Source of the DNA: an archaeon
GTDB lineage: Archaea > Asgardarchaeota > Thorarchaeia > Thorarchaeales > Thorarchaeaceae
DNA: 32,000 bases
Reading direction: 5' to 3'
Assembly (NCBI GenBank): GCA_024275415.1
Contig: JAJRZD010000105.1
Location: forward strand, 1-32,000
The notes under the pieces were generated by a model. It did not search any database and had not been told where the DNA came from. It worked only from the letters and a program-made list of their open reading frames with translations. Positions 1-11,100 of the stretch are shown here, one piece after another. The translations under genes were made by a program, and so were the position numbers. Numbering within the stretch: the first letter of the stretch is position 1; the number at the start of each line of letters is the position of its first letter.

Positions 1-2
1 AG

Positions 3-1265
3 GCTTTCAGACCGCTATACCTCATTGCTATAGGCATCTTAATCTATGGGATTGGATCCATTATAACATACTTTGAACATTGGACCGGAACATACCTGCT
101 CATTGATGCATATTATTTCTACTACGTCTGCTTGACCATTGAGGTCATGATTGTGATTTCAGCCGCTGCAATGATTCTGAACACCAAAAAGCTCTATGCA
201 GCACCCATCGTGGTGTTGTCTTTGGCGTTATTCCTTTTAACCCTCACACTGCTCTTTCCTGATCAAGCAAGGTTTGTCTTTACTGTGGGGGGAGTCGTGG
301 TTCCGATAGGACTCCTACTCTTTGTTGGGTTAGTCTTCGCCTATATCACTAAAGAAACGAAACGGAGCACCAGCGCCGCACTGGCATATATGTTTATTAT
401 CCAGATGCTCGATTTGCCATTATTGTACACAGATTTTGTTAGCGGATTTCTCGAGATTGCATTATTGTTCATAGTATTGATGGGACCTGCAATGGTCACG
501 TTTGCATTTCTGCGACCAGACCAAAAAATCACCTTAGAACTAATAGGATATGGGTCTAGCTTCGCCGGTCCTGCTTTGATACTTGTCAGCCTTCAAGAGG
601 CTGCACTGTTTACGACCATTGATGTGGCGATAATTGCGATGTCTAGCGCCTTCGCGGTAGGGATTGTAGCTGCTGCTGCATCCTATCTTTATGGAAGATA
701 CCTCGAATCAAGGCAGGCTCCCACAATAATCATGGCTATGGCACTGTTATTGCTGGCTTATTCGCAGATTGTTGGCACGCTGGGCAACTTCGGGATTGGC
801 GACCTGCTAGCTGCATACTATATCGAGTTCATTGTTTCTGGTCTTGCACTGACACTTTTCACAGTGTCTGCATTGTATGCAACTGGGCGGAAGGTTCTAT
901 CAGTAACCCCGTTCACCATTCAGATTCCGATTGCAATCATATTTATTCTGAGCTATCCAGCCGATGTTACTGTCTTGCTCACCAGCATCTGGTACTTGAC
1001 TATTCCGCTGGTTGCCATCATGTTCTCTCCGGTGGTCATATTTCTGGGTGTTTGGAACAGGATGCGCAAGGACAAAATCCGTGGAAGATTCCGTCCCCTG
1101 GGATTAGGTCTTAGCATTATCCTGTACTTCATGCTGCGATTGCCTTCACTTGCTCTTGGGTCAGAGATCATAATTATAACATATGGACTCATATCTATTA
1201 GCTATACCCTGATGTGGCTTGCCGTCACCGGAAGGCTTGACAGGATTTTGGATAGGAACCGATAA
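3..1265 (+). CDS. Polytopic membrane protein of unknown function, 5'-truncated by the window edge
   Basis: The frame of the 132..1265 ORF is open back to base 3 (AFRPLYLIAIGILIYGIG...), so 132 is not the true start. About a dozen hydrophobic helices with short loops; no catalytic motif recognised. Confidence 0.85.
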   Translation, partial: AFRPLYLIAIGILIYGIGSIITYFEHWTGTYLLIDAYYFYYVCLTIEVMIVISAAAMILNTKKLYAAPIVVLSLALFLLTLTLLFPDQARFVFTVGGVVVPIGLLLFVGLVFAYITKETKRSTSAALAYMFIIQMLDLPLLYTDFVSGFLEIALLFIVLMGPAMVTFAFLRPDQKITLELIGYGSSFAGPALILVSLQEAALFTTIDVAIIAMSSAFAVGIVAAAASYLYGRYLESRQAPTIIMAMALLLLAYSQIVGTLGNFGIGDLLAAYYIEFIVSGLALTLFTVSALYATGRKVLSVTPFTIQIPIAIIFILSYPADVTVLLTSIWYLTIPLVAIMFSPVVIFLGVWNRMRKDKIRGRFRPLGLGLSIILYFMLRLPSLALGSEIIIITYGLISISYTLMWLAVTGRLDRILDRNR

Positions 1266-1274
1266 ATTAGAGAT

Positions 1275-1315
1275 GGCCTTGGTACAGCAAGTACAAGGCC
1301 CACCCCCCTTTTTTT
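1275..1315 (+). terminator. Hairpin plus U-tract terminator-like element
   Basis: GGCCTTG(G)TAC-agcaa-GTACAAGGCC stem with one bulge, then C6 and T7, starting 10 nt after the TAA at 1263-1265. Confidence 0.6.
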
Positions 1316-1559
1316 CACTATGTCTATTTTGGATAATTATGCGAACTTGACATATGGCCTTATCTTCGACAATATTGAGTTGCAAACAGATACGCTAGAC
1401 TTACCCAAACATGGACATCCCTTAGACGGATCCTTGAAGTAATGTATAGGACTTAATAGACTCGATCACTCACACAAGGAGTATGAGGTCGGCCATGGCA
1501 CACAAACGGCCTCGCAGAGCCCACCCAGTGCCGTTATCTGGGAGTACAACACTCTGGTG

Positions 1560-2186
1560 TCAAAGCTTGTACAACTTGCAATAAACGGCAAGGGCCATGA
1601 ATATGAACTCGAAGATAACAAGCATGATTACGAAGTTCCGTCCATGACCTGTTGAGATAAAATACCCGTATTCCGAGTACACCTGTACCTCCTCCATATT
1701 GAGAGCATCAGCAATTCTCCTTGCAAAAGCTGTTTCAACCTTCTCAGACGACACCTTATACCACCATAATAGGAGAGGAGTAAAGGCACTCCCGAAAATG
1801 CTGATCATGAAAGCAGTATCATTCATTCCAGAAAAGTATGCTGAGAAGAGAAAGAGGAACAGGAGAATGCTATAGAAGAGCAATATCAAAGTTGGAAGAT
1901 AGCCCATACGAATGGTGATGTCGTCATCATTGAACAAGGATGTCCTAGCAAAGGTGCTAATCATCATCTTGACACCTGATTCGATGTCCGTGTCATAGAT
2001 ATCTGCTTCTAACACATCATCCCGCACTTCCCACGTACAATTTCGTGCACTGGAGTGTTCGACCTTATTGAACGTGAATCTACATTCAACAGGAACCACA
2101 TCAAAGATTCGCCCAAGATCTAGTGCATTGTATGCACTCAGAAGCGTTCTTTCTGCCTTACTCCGATCCATCATTGCAAACATCAT
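1560..2186 (-). CDS. Hypothetical membrane protein (soluble N-domain plus about 3 TM helices); last gene of the putative surface operon
   Basis: 208-aa ORF starting 5 nt after the stop of the giant gene. Hydrophobic segments LPTLILLFYSILLFLFLFSAYF, AFMISIFGSAFTPLLLWWY and FVIMLVIFEFIFMALAVYC. Confidence 0.8.
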   Translation of the reverse strand: MMFAMMDRSKAERTLLSAYNALDLGRIFDVVPVECRFTFNKVEHSSARNCTWEVRDDVLEADIYDTDIESGVKMMISTFARTSLFNDDDITIRMGYLPTLILLFYSILLFLFLFSAYFSGMNDTAFMISIFGSAFTPLLLWWYKVSSEKVETAFARRIADALNMEEVQVYSEYGYFISTGHGRNFVIMLVIFEFIFMALAVYCKLYKL

Positions 2187-2191
2187 TCCTT

Positions 2192-5100
2192 CTAGTAGTT
2201 CTCACGTTCTACCTCTTGACAAGTCCTAAGTATGAGTGATATTGCACCAAGAATGAGTCCTACTCCAATAGAACCGGAAAGCATACCATATTGCATCTCC
2301 TTTGAGGTGTAGCCGGTCTGTCCTTTCCTATTCTTGTACACCCTATCCAGTAAAATGACTGCAACAACTCCTGCAATCAATCCTTGGAGTACGGTTAATA
2401 TCATTGATGCAATGATCTCTCCGCCAGTTGAGAAGTTGCTGATGATGAACTCACTAATCAGCCATGATAGCACTGTGATGACTGTTGTTGATGTGAACAC
2501 GGCGATGAACGTTTCCATTTTCGCATTTGGAGCTTGGCGGAATCCATTGACTATGAAGATTATTCCAAGCGCAATTAGACCAAAGGCAATCCAGACGCCC
2601 CATGGAAACGGGCCACCAGATTTGGTAAGGAACGAAGATCCTGAGATTCCCATAGAAAGCTCGATGAAGAACAGGACCAAAAGAACATTCAATCCGGTGA
2701 AGATACCGCCGAGAATCCCACTTATTAGCCCAGCAGCCCACCAAGGCATCTTTTCCGCATTTCTCGCCCATATCTTTCCAACAAGGCTTTCTATAGCTAT
2801 GGTTAGTAGCACACCGCCAAAGAACGCAAGCAACGCCACAAGAAACGCCTTGAGATTCCAAACATAGAAGTGTACGGTATCACTCAGCTCTTCGTTATTG
2901 ACTTCACTCTGAACCTCAACCTTGTGAGCTCCATTTCTTAGAGCGTCTCGATTCAAAAATCCAGATTCCTCAACAGTCTGCAACGAATACCGATAGTATA
3001 GAATAGCTCCATTCGAGGAAACATAGGAGGTATCAGGTTCTACCTCTATCGGATCTCCACCATCTACAGCGATAGTAGAGTTAATCTCACCAAGAAATTC
3101 TGGAAGGTATAGAGCCCATCGAACCTCAATAGTTTCTTGATTTTCAAAAACGTCATGTTCGTTGATATTGGTGATTTCAATCCTAGGGCTATCTATCTGG
3201 ATGTCACCACCTTCTATCGAGCCCGATTCAGTTGTAATAGCGATTGCTTCAGGGCTAGATGGAACCAAGGTGTTTGGTGAAACGTACGTTGATTGTGATT
3301 CCACAACGGGATTCTCGAATACTCCGATCAAATCATCCACTATGGCAGACAGTGGTCTTCCGTTGAATGAAGCGATGGTGTCTGTGTCTGAACCGCCGCC
3401 TAATTCGAAGTTCAATGTGGGCGATGTGATTTTCAAGTTGAATTCGTTATAGATATATGGAATCGGAACAGGGACCGTCGTCCACCCAATAATCGGCAGC
3501 CAAATATCGACGTTAACAATCCTAATCGAGGGATACGCTATCTTTTTGATATTGAAGTGCGTATCACCAGCCTTTGCATCAGCCATTAGGAAAGCGAGAC
3601 ATCCGAATGAGGTGAACTCGAGTGCGATGTCAACTGCGAGTAGAAGAATCACTGGTAGCACCCATAAGGGGGAGATTCCGCTTTCAGACTTTCCTCCACC
3701 CTCAGCAACGGTCACGGTCGTGCTCAATCGGAAGCCAACTTCCTCGACTAAGAAAAGAACCTCACCATCGAAAGCTGATTCAAGAACGAAGTCCCCATGT
3801 TCCTGAGGTGTCCACGAGTAGTGTGCTTCGCCAAAATTGTCAGTTTCCAGAAAGAGAATGTTCAATTCATTTTCGGGATTCTCTATTGACAGCTCGATGA
3901 AGCGTTTAGGTAGGGGGGCACCATCTTCATCCGTTAGTTTAATGCGGATGTCTTGCTTCTCCAGACTTTTCATATTATCGGGGTAGAACATCTCAATGGT
4001 AGTATACTCGAAGCATATGAATGTCAACGAGTCGCCGATAACATTATACACCCTGCCCAGATGAGTTCCTATTTGAACAGTGTGTTCACCAGCCTGTAGA
4101 TCGTCTGGCAAAGTGAAGGTGACCTTGTCAAAACCACTATAGTCATTGAAGGATTGAATTATCGTCCCATCTACAAGTACATCCAGTGTGATTGTTTCAA
4201 TCAGATCCGCATTCGTTAAATCATCTATTAGCGAAAGCGATAGGTTCAATGTGTCACCGCGATGGGCGTAATCAGTGCTCAGTTCTATTGAATCAACAGT
4301 CACATCTCTACGCCAGATAGTTTCAGTGATTCTACTGGATACGGGGTCAAAGAATATCGAACCCTCGTATGATGACCTGACGTAAAGTCCTCCACTTTGT
4401 TTGGGATGATATCCGAGATGAACAAGCCCATTGCCATCTTGACGGCTCTCAGTGATGCCTGAGAAATCTTCCCCGTTGATGGAGTAGTCCAGCGAGAACC
4501 CTATCAGCGGCTCATTATCCTCGTCAAATAACACGAATCGGAAATCAGTGGATTGTTCTACGTAGAAATCATCAACAGGCTTGGAGTCCCTTTCGGGGGT
4601 AATTGTCAGCGAGGTTCTTTCGATTATTCTCAGATCGAACTCTGTTGAGCCAGAGTAGATGTAATCCTTCCCTACTGATACAATGAAGGTGCGATTTCCT
4701 GCCTGTACCCATGGGTTGGATATCGAATCAGTTGGGATCGTCCAAGTGCCACGGATCTGACCATTCGTTCCGTATGTTTCCATCTCGTATGAAACGATTT
4801 CAAGGCTTAGGTCATCAGTCCAGTTCAAGTAGAAGGTCACTCCACTCTCAACTGGCACCATTGCATCAAGGTCAGGGTCATATCTTGTAGCAAACCCTGA
4901 GAAGGCAATGATATCATTCCTGTGCGCGGCAACTTGGCTTAACACTAGTGATATTGCAAGGTCAATCTTCTCTGCGACCATCGTGTCAGTACTGATAGCT
5001 GCGCCATAGTGATCATCACCAACAAATCTTGCTTGGATGATATATTCTCCAAGATAGGGTGGAATGTAGCGATATGATGCGATGCCATTCGTATCAGTCT

Positions 5101-8100
5101 GCAATGTTACAGACTGAACCACAGAACCCTCATGTGATATTGTGAGTTCGATGTCCCGATTGCCCAACGGAAGCCCTAGTTCATCAGTGAGAGTGACATT
5201 CATCTCTACAGGCAACGAGATAGAGGCTTGGCTTGGAGCTGAAACTGATAGAACCGAATTGGATTTCCGGATCGTCAGGCTAGTGCTAATATGCTCCGCA
5301 GAGGATTTCGCAAGGGTTCCGGGAAATACGACTTTGACCGTGTAGTTACCAGCAGGCAAGTTTGCGTTCCATGTCAAATCAGCCCATCCATCGGCTGAGG
5401 TCAATGCCCAACCCATCGGCACCCAAATGTTGTCATATTGGATATAGAAGAGCAACACCTCACTCTCTATGGGCAAGCCCAATGTGTCTTGAAGATGGGC
5501 TGAGATAACCACATCATGACCATAAATCGCAGAGGCATGAACGAGATAGATTTCGGTAGACTCAGGAAGGACTGTCAAAGTGCCTTGCGTTGCAACTGGA
5601 AGTGTCATCTCATCTCCATCAAAAGCGATTCGATAGGCATACTTGCCTGGAGAGAGGTCGACCATGTAGTTGACGCTTGCATACCCACTCACATCTGTTT
5701 CCACTTCATCCAACAGACGCCAGGTCTGTGTTGAAGAGTCATAAAGCTGGAATAGAACTGGCTTCTTGTATAGCGGATAGCCTTTGCCATCCTCGATGCG
5801 AGTGTCCAAGATTACTTCATGTCCTGTTACAACCAATTTCTCAGCACTGAAATCTGTGATGCGTGAGGACTGCCTGAGAACAGAGAGGGCGTCTTCCAAG
5901 AGGAGCGAGCTGGGAGCGTAGTTTGCATCGCCTTCGAATCGGATCTCGACTCCATGAGTTCCCTCCACCAGATAGGGTGTGTACACCAGTTCAGCAACAC
6001 CTTCAGAGTTGGTCTTATTCTGACCAATCCAATGGGTTGCATCATCGCGTCGGAGATAGAAGTCAAGTGTGCGGTTCTCCAAAGGCATTCCATAGTAGTC
6101 ATACAAGGATGAATATAGGGTGACAGGATGAGCGTATTCTGTCCAGTACTGTGTAGCATGTCCGGCAGCGGGCGATACAACTGTCGCAGCGCCTTCGACG
6201 GTAAGTAGCTTCAATGTCACTGCGCTGTCATGATTGGCGTCACCCTCATAGGTCGCATTGATGACGTAGCTTCCTTTTGGCAGGTTCAGTGTCCAGTCCA
6301 GACTGGCGATTCCTGTGTCGCTGGTCGTTGCAGTCCCGATCTCAGTCCAAGTGAGATTCTGTGCAGGACGATAGTAGAAGGTGACATCACCATTCGGCAA
6401 TGAGATGTTCTCGTACATTCTTGACAGTTGGGCAGCAAGGGAGATTGTTTGTTGCTTCGAGTAATACTGAATCGTTTCGCTTTCTAGGAGGATTTCCAGG
6501 GTCGTGGCAACCTTTGAAACCACCATTGTGATCCAACTTGTATCCCCATAGATTATTCCTCCAGATTCGGCTGTAACGAATGTATTCACAGTATAGGACT
6601 TTCCTGGAATGTACTTGGACTCGGAAATCCTAAAGGATACATTGACTAGGCCAGAGCCTATTCCGGCAACGGTATCAACTGGATTCCTAGCGGCATCAAG
6701 AATTGTCACGACATACTTTCCTTGTGCCACAAAAGAAACATCTAGTGTTCGCCTTAGAGGGACAATGATATATGTTGCATTGGGGGCTGTCGTAACTGTG
6801 GGGGTTATCGCCTCTTCGACCGCCAACGTGTTGTAGGTTATTCCAAAATCACTCATTCCTCGTGAAAAGGTTATGCTCTCGGGGGTGTAACCATTAGCAA
6901 TCACAATGTCGGAGTCCTCAGCATCAGTGGCGGCTGATACACCATCAAAGTTTGTCTGTAGATTGGAAAGCAGATTTGCCTCGAATGGATGGTTGTATGA
7001 TTCCAGAGCTAGACTGACATAGAGCATACCAACTGTCAGCAGTATTGCCATGCAAAGGAACATGAACTTCCGCAGTTGTGGGTTAAGACGGACAAAGTTC
7101 ACGCTGGCTGCAAGAAGCACCACAACAATGGCTGCCGCAAAGATGGAGTCCACCGAACTCGAATCGGTGCCAAAGTGGTTTGCACTATTTATGACATAGT
7201 CAGGAGCTTCTAGTTTCTTTGGCCATAGTCTAATGGGTGTCTTGGCATAGAAAGTCATTCCCTGATATTGTTTGGATGAGCCTTCAGCACCTAGAAGCAC
7301 GGCTTGATATCCCATGGAATCCACAGATCTGGGAGTGTTCCATAAGAGTATAGCAATGCCCTCACTGTTAGTGGTGTTGGCTCCAAGGAAATGCTCTTCG
7401 CCAGTTTCATCAAAGTAGAAGAACCGGACAGAGAACCCAGCAACTGGTTGTCCATTCAATGAGTTCACAACATTTGCCTGGAGCAGTACGGAATCGTCGC
7501 AGTAGATATCCTTTGGAAGCTCTCCAAATGATATCGTCACTGGGATGTGAGAAACAAGCATAGTGGATACATTCATTGATCTGGTCATACGCATATTATA
7601 GAACAATTGTGAAACCCATCTGAAACCAGAGGCGATTTGTCCTCCGCCATGTTGACACTTGACCCTTAGAGGGACAGTCCCTCCAAGAAATTCTGCATGT
7701 ATTGAATACTGACCAGCTTTGGAAGGTGTCCAATACAATGTATTGTTGTTTGAGAGATCCACTTGGTACTCAAAGATATAACCATCTGGACCGATGATAG
7801 TCACGTTGACATAACCACGATAGATGGTGTCGCCTATCTCATCACTTACATTGAAGTATATCAATTGAGGGCCACCTGAGAACATCCTAAGGTTGTCATT
7901 CTCAAAGCCGATTTCAACACTCGTTTGAATCAGATGGGAGGCCATTTTTGCGAGATCCATGGAAGGAAGATAAGTGGTGTTACCGTCATACTCTGCAATA
8001 GCGATTGCTCTGGCAGCGAATAGAATCCTATCAACCGCCCTTGAATCCAGAGTCAGTGTGAAGGTGTCATTCAGCCCAATGATGATGGTGAACTCGTATG

Positions 8101-11100
8101 TATGCCACAAAAGGTCTTCCAAATGCTGTTCAGCCTCGGGTGAATGCTTTGCATACCGTGCGTTGAATCCACTGCTCCAGAACTCTGTGTAGTTATCTGT
8201 TAGGGTTAGCGAAACAATTGCTCCATCAAGAGAGTTGCCAAACTCGTCAACTAGGTCGATGTCAAAGACGTATGTGAAATTGAGAGCACACTCGTAGTAA
8301 TCCTCAACATCTATTGAAAGGGTCGTTCTAATTGGATCGACTCTGATGGCAAGGATGTTGCTCATGGCTGCTTCATATATCTCAGAGCGTTGGACGATTG
8401 CGAAGATGCGGTAGGTCTCATAATGGGGAGGTGCAGACCATGTTATTTGTCCCATCCCGTGCCCATCCACAACGACAGAACCCAATGTTTCAAGGTTCAG
8501 ACCCACTCTGCGTACCAGATGAACGGTTATAGGTTCCAATAAAAGCTCGTTTTCAGTCGCATTCAAGTCAACTACATAAATATCTATAATGATGTCCTCA
8601 AAGGCATATACCGAACTCGGGGCTGTGATTTGTACATCTAGAAGCCGCCAACTGACAACAAAGAATGCAGGGGCGGAAGCAGATTCGTCATAATACTGAC
8701 TGCCCCTATAGATGCATTCTATGATATACATCCCATAGTTGGGGGCTGACCATACAAAGGTACTATTCACTCCTGTCAATACGGTGATATGATCCTCAAA
8801 GACATCGTTTCCGCCTGCACTCCTTATCAGAATCTCAACATACTCGCCAAGTAACAGGAATCCGTATTCATCCCATAGACGTATAGAAACGTTGACGTTG
8901 GTCGCGTCACCTCTCCACGATGCTTCGACCTGAATCGATGTGTCGATTAGTTGGTAGGATGTCACTTGGACTTCGCTGATACCTGTTTCATGAACATCAT
9001 TTCGGAAGGACAATGCGAATATAGTCAAGTCCTGGATTGGAATGACGGGCGCTTGCCAAACAAAAGACGCAGTGCCACTGCTATCAGTGACCGCAGTGCC
9101 AATCGCGGTGAATATGCCCCATGCAAGGAATTCACTAGCCAGAGTTTCATTGATGCTGCCGGTCATATTCCAAATTGGCATGAATACAGACTGGTTCTCA
9201 AGGACATAGCAATAGAGTACCGTGACATCTGCCATAGGCAACCCTGTGAGATTGTCAGTCACAGTGGAGGTAAGTGTGTATGAGATTTCAGACGGAGATA
9301 CATATGGGTGAATCACATCGGGTAGAGGATCTAATGTCACTATAGTGGAACGCCTGATTATCGTGATGACTGACGTAGAAGAACTTGGCTCATAGGTTTC
9401 CTGACCCAAGAACACACAAGTGATTACGATGTCACCGTTTGTATCGGGATGGAGCAGAATGGAATTATTGTACTCGGTCAGAAAGGTGTAGGAAGATGTG
9501 GCACCATTCCATGTGATATTGACGAGGACTTCAAGGTCGGCAACGGGAACACCGTGAATATCAACTACTTGGAATTCAATGAGGATGTCTTCACCAGCCA
9601 CAGCTTGGTTCGATTCGGGTGTTGAGGATATGTGGGTGAATGTCTTCAAACCATTCACGGTAAATCCTTGCGAAATCTGGCTGGACGCATAGACCTCAGA
9701 GCCTGCATATGACAAGTTCATTGTATAGTTCCCCCAAGTATCTAAGGTCACCACAAATGAACCATTAACTTCCGTAACAATGACAAAGGAGTCATAGTAA
9801 CCAGAAGTGCCACTGAGCTGAACAAGAACCTCGGCTGAAACTGTGTTCATAAAGACATCATACAGGTGAATGTTAACTGTAATGGATTCACCTGCTGAAA
9901 TCAATGTTGGCGAGAGGAATGGTGTGTTGAAGGAAGTACTGATTGTCGGAATGCTAACCGGTACCAAACCGACTCCGTTCAGGTAGCTGATAGTCTGGTT
10001 TGTTTCTACTTGAAACTGTATGTCCTTTCCAGCAATCTGTAGCCAGTCATCGTAACTCGGATCCCATGTCAGATAAGCAAGCCCAAATCCATCCGTGGTG
10101 GAGATCCCAATGACATAGTTCTGGTCATCAAGGGTGTAGCTGAAAGTAACCTCTAGACCTTCTATCGGATATCCTGATGCCCAAGCATCAGTCAGTTCAG
10201 CTGCCAAGACGATTGGGAGTCCGGGGGTGATCCCGTCGTCAATATCAAGAGTTAGATTGACCGGTCGCTGACCTTCCACAGACACAGTGAGACTGCTATT
10301 GGCAATATCGAGATAATAACCGCTTGGGACATAATCAAAGAGGAGTGTATATTCTCCAGCTTCAGTAAGATTGTACTTAAACAGGGCATATACACCGTCT
10401 TCGTGCAGCGTTTGATAGATTGCTATGGTGGTGTTGACATTAGGTCCAGTTATTGTTACCTCGACCAATTGGCCTATCATAGTATCGTCTAGGCCATACG
10501 AGTCCAACATCGTAACCTGCACCGTGAGCTGCCGTTGATCATACACAGTGGGGACATAGTGAACGATTACAGCATCAGCAGGGTCAAAGAGCCAGGATGG
10601 CTCCTCGAACAGTGTGAATCCTGCGAGGTTTGACGAAGGCGCCTTGGTGACATCGTAAAGGGGATAGTCCATGTTCAAGATGACTATGTAGAGATCAACT
10701 GGTCCCGCAACGAGATTAGAAGACAAACCGATGGAGAAGTATATCGTCACTTGTCCAGAGTTCGCTATAGTTGCTGTCGAAAGGAGAAGATTCTCGTTCC
10801 CTTGCACCGCATGAAGTTCTATCTCGAATGGCAGACCAGGTGGGACAATACCTTGGCTATCAGAAAGCGAGAGTGTGACTGAATGAGTCACTCCAAGAAC
10901 GATATCATAATCAACAGGCGTTTCCAGTGTCCATACTAAATCCGCCTTGCCTACGGAAACTATCACACTACGCTCAATGAGAGAAACAGAAGTAGAAGTC
11001 ACTACAGGGAACCTTAATGCATGTGCTGAAGTGTCCCAAATCACATTGGGGTCATCGACGAAGGAAATCGTGTCAGAGCCATCGACGTAAGAAATGTCTT

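Noticed and set aside
1320-1442. 40-aa plus-strand ORF MSILDNYANLTYG... and a nearby AAGGAG-ATG ORF
   Set aside because: Too short, directly downstream of a terminator, and no recognisable features.
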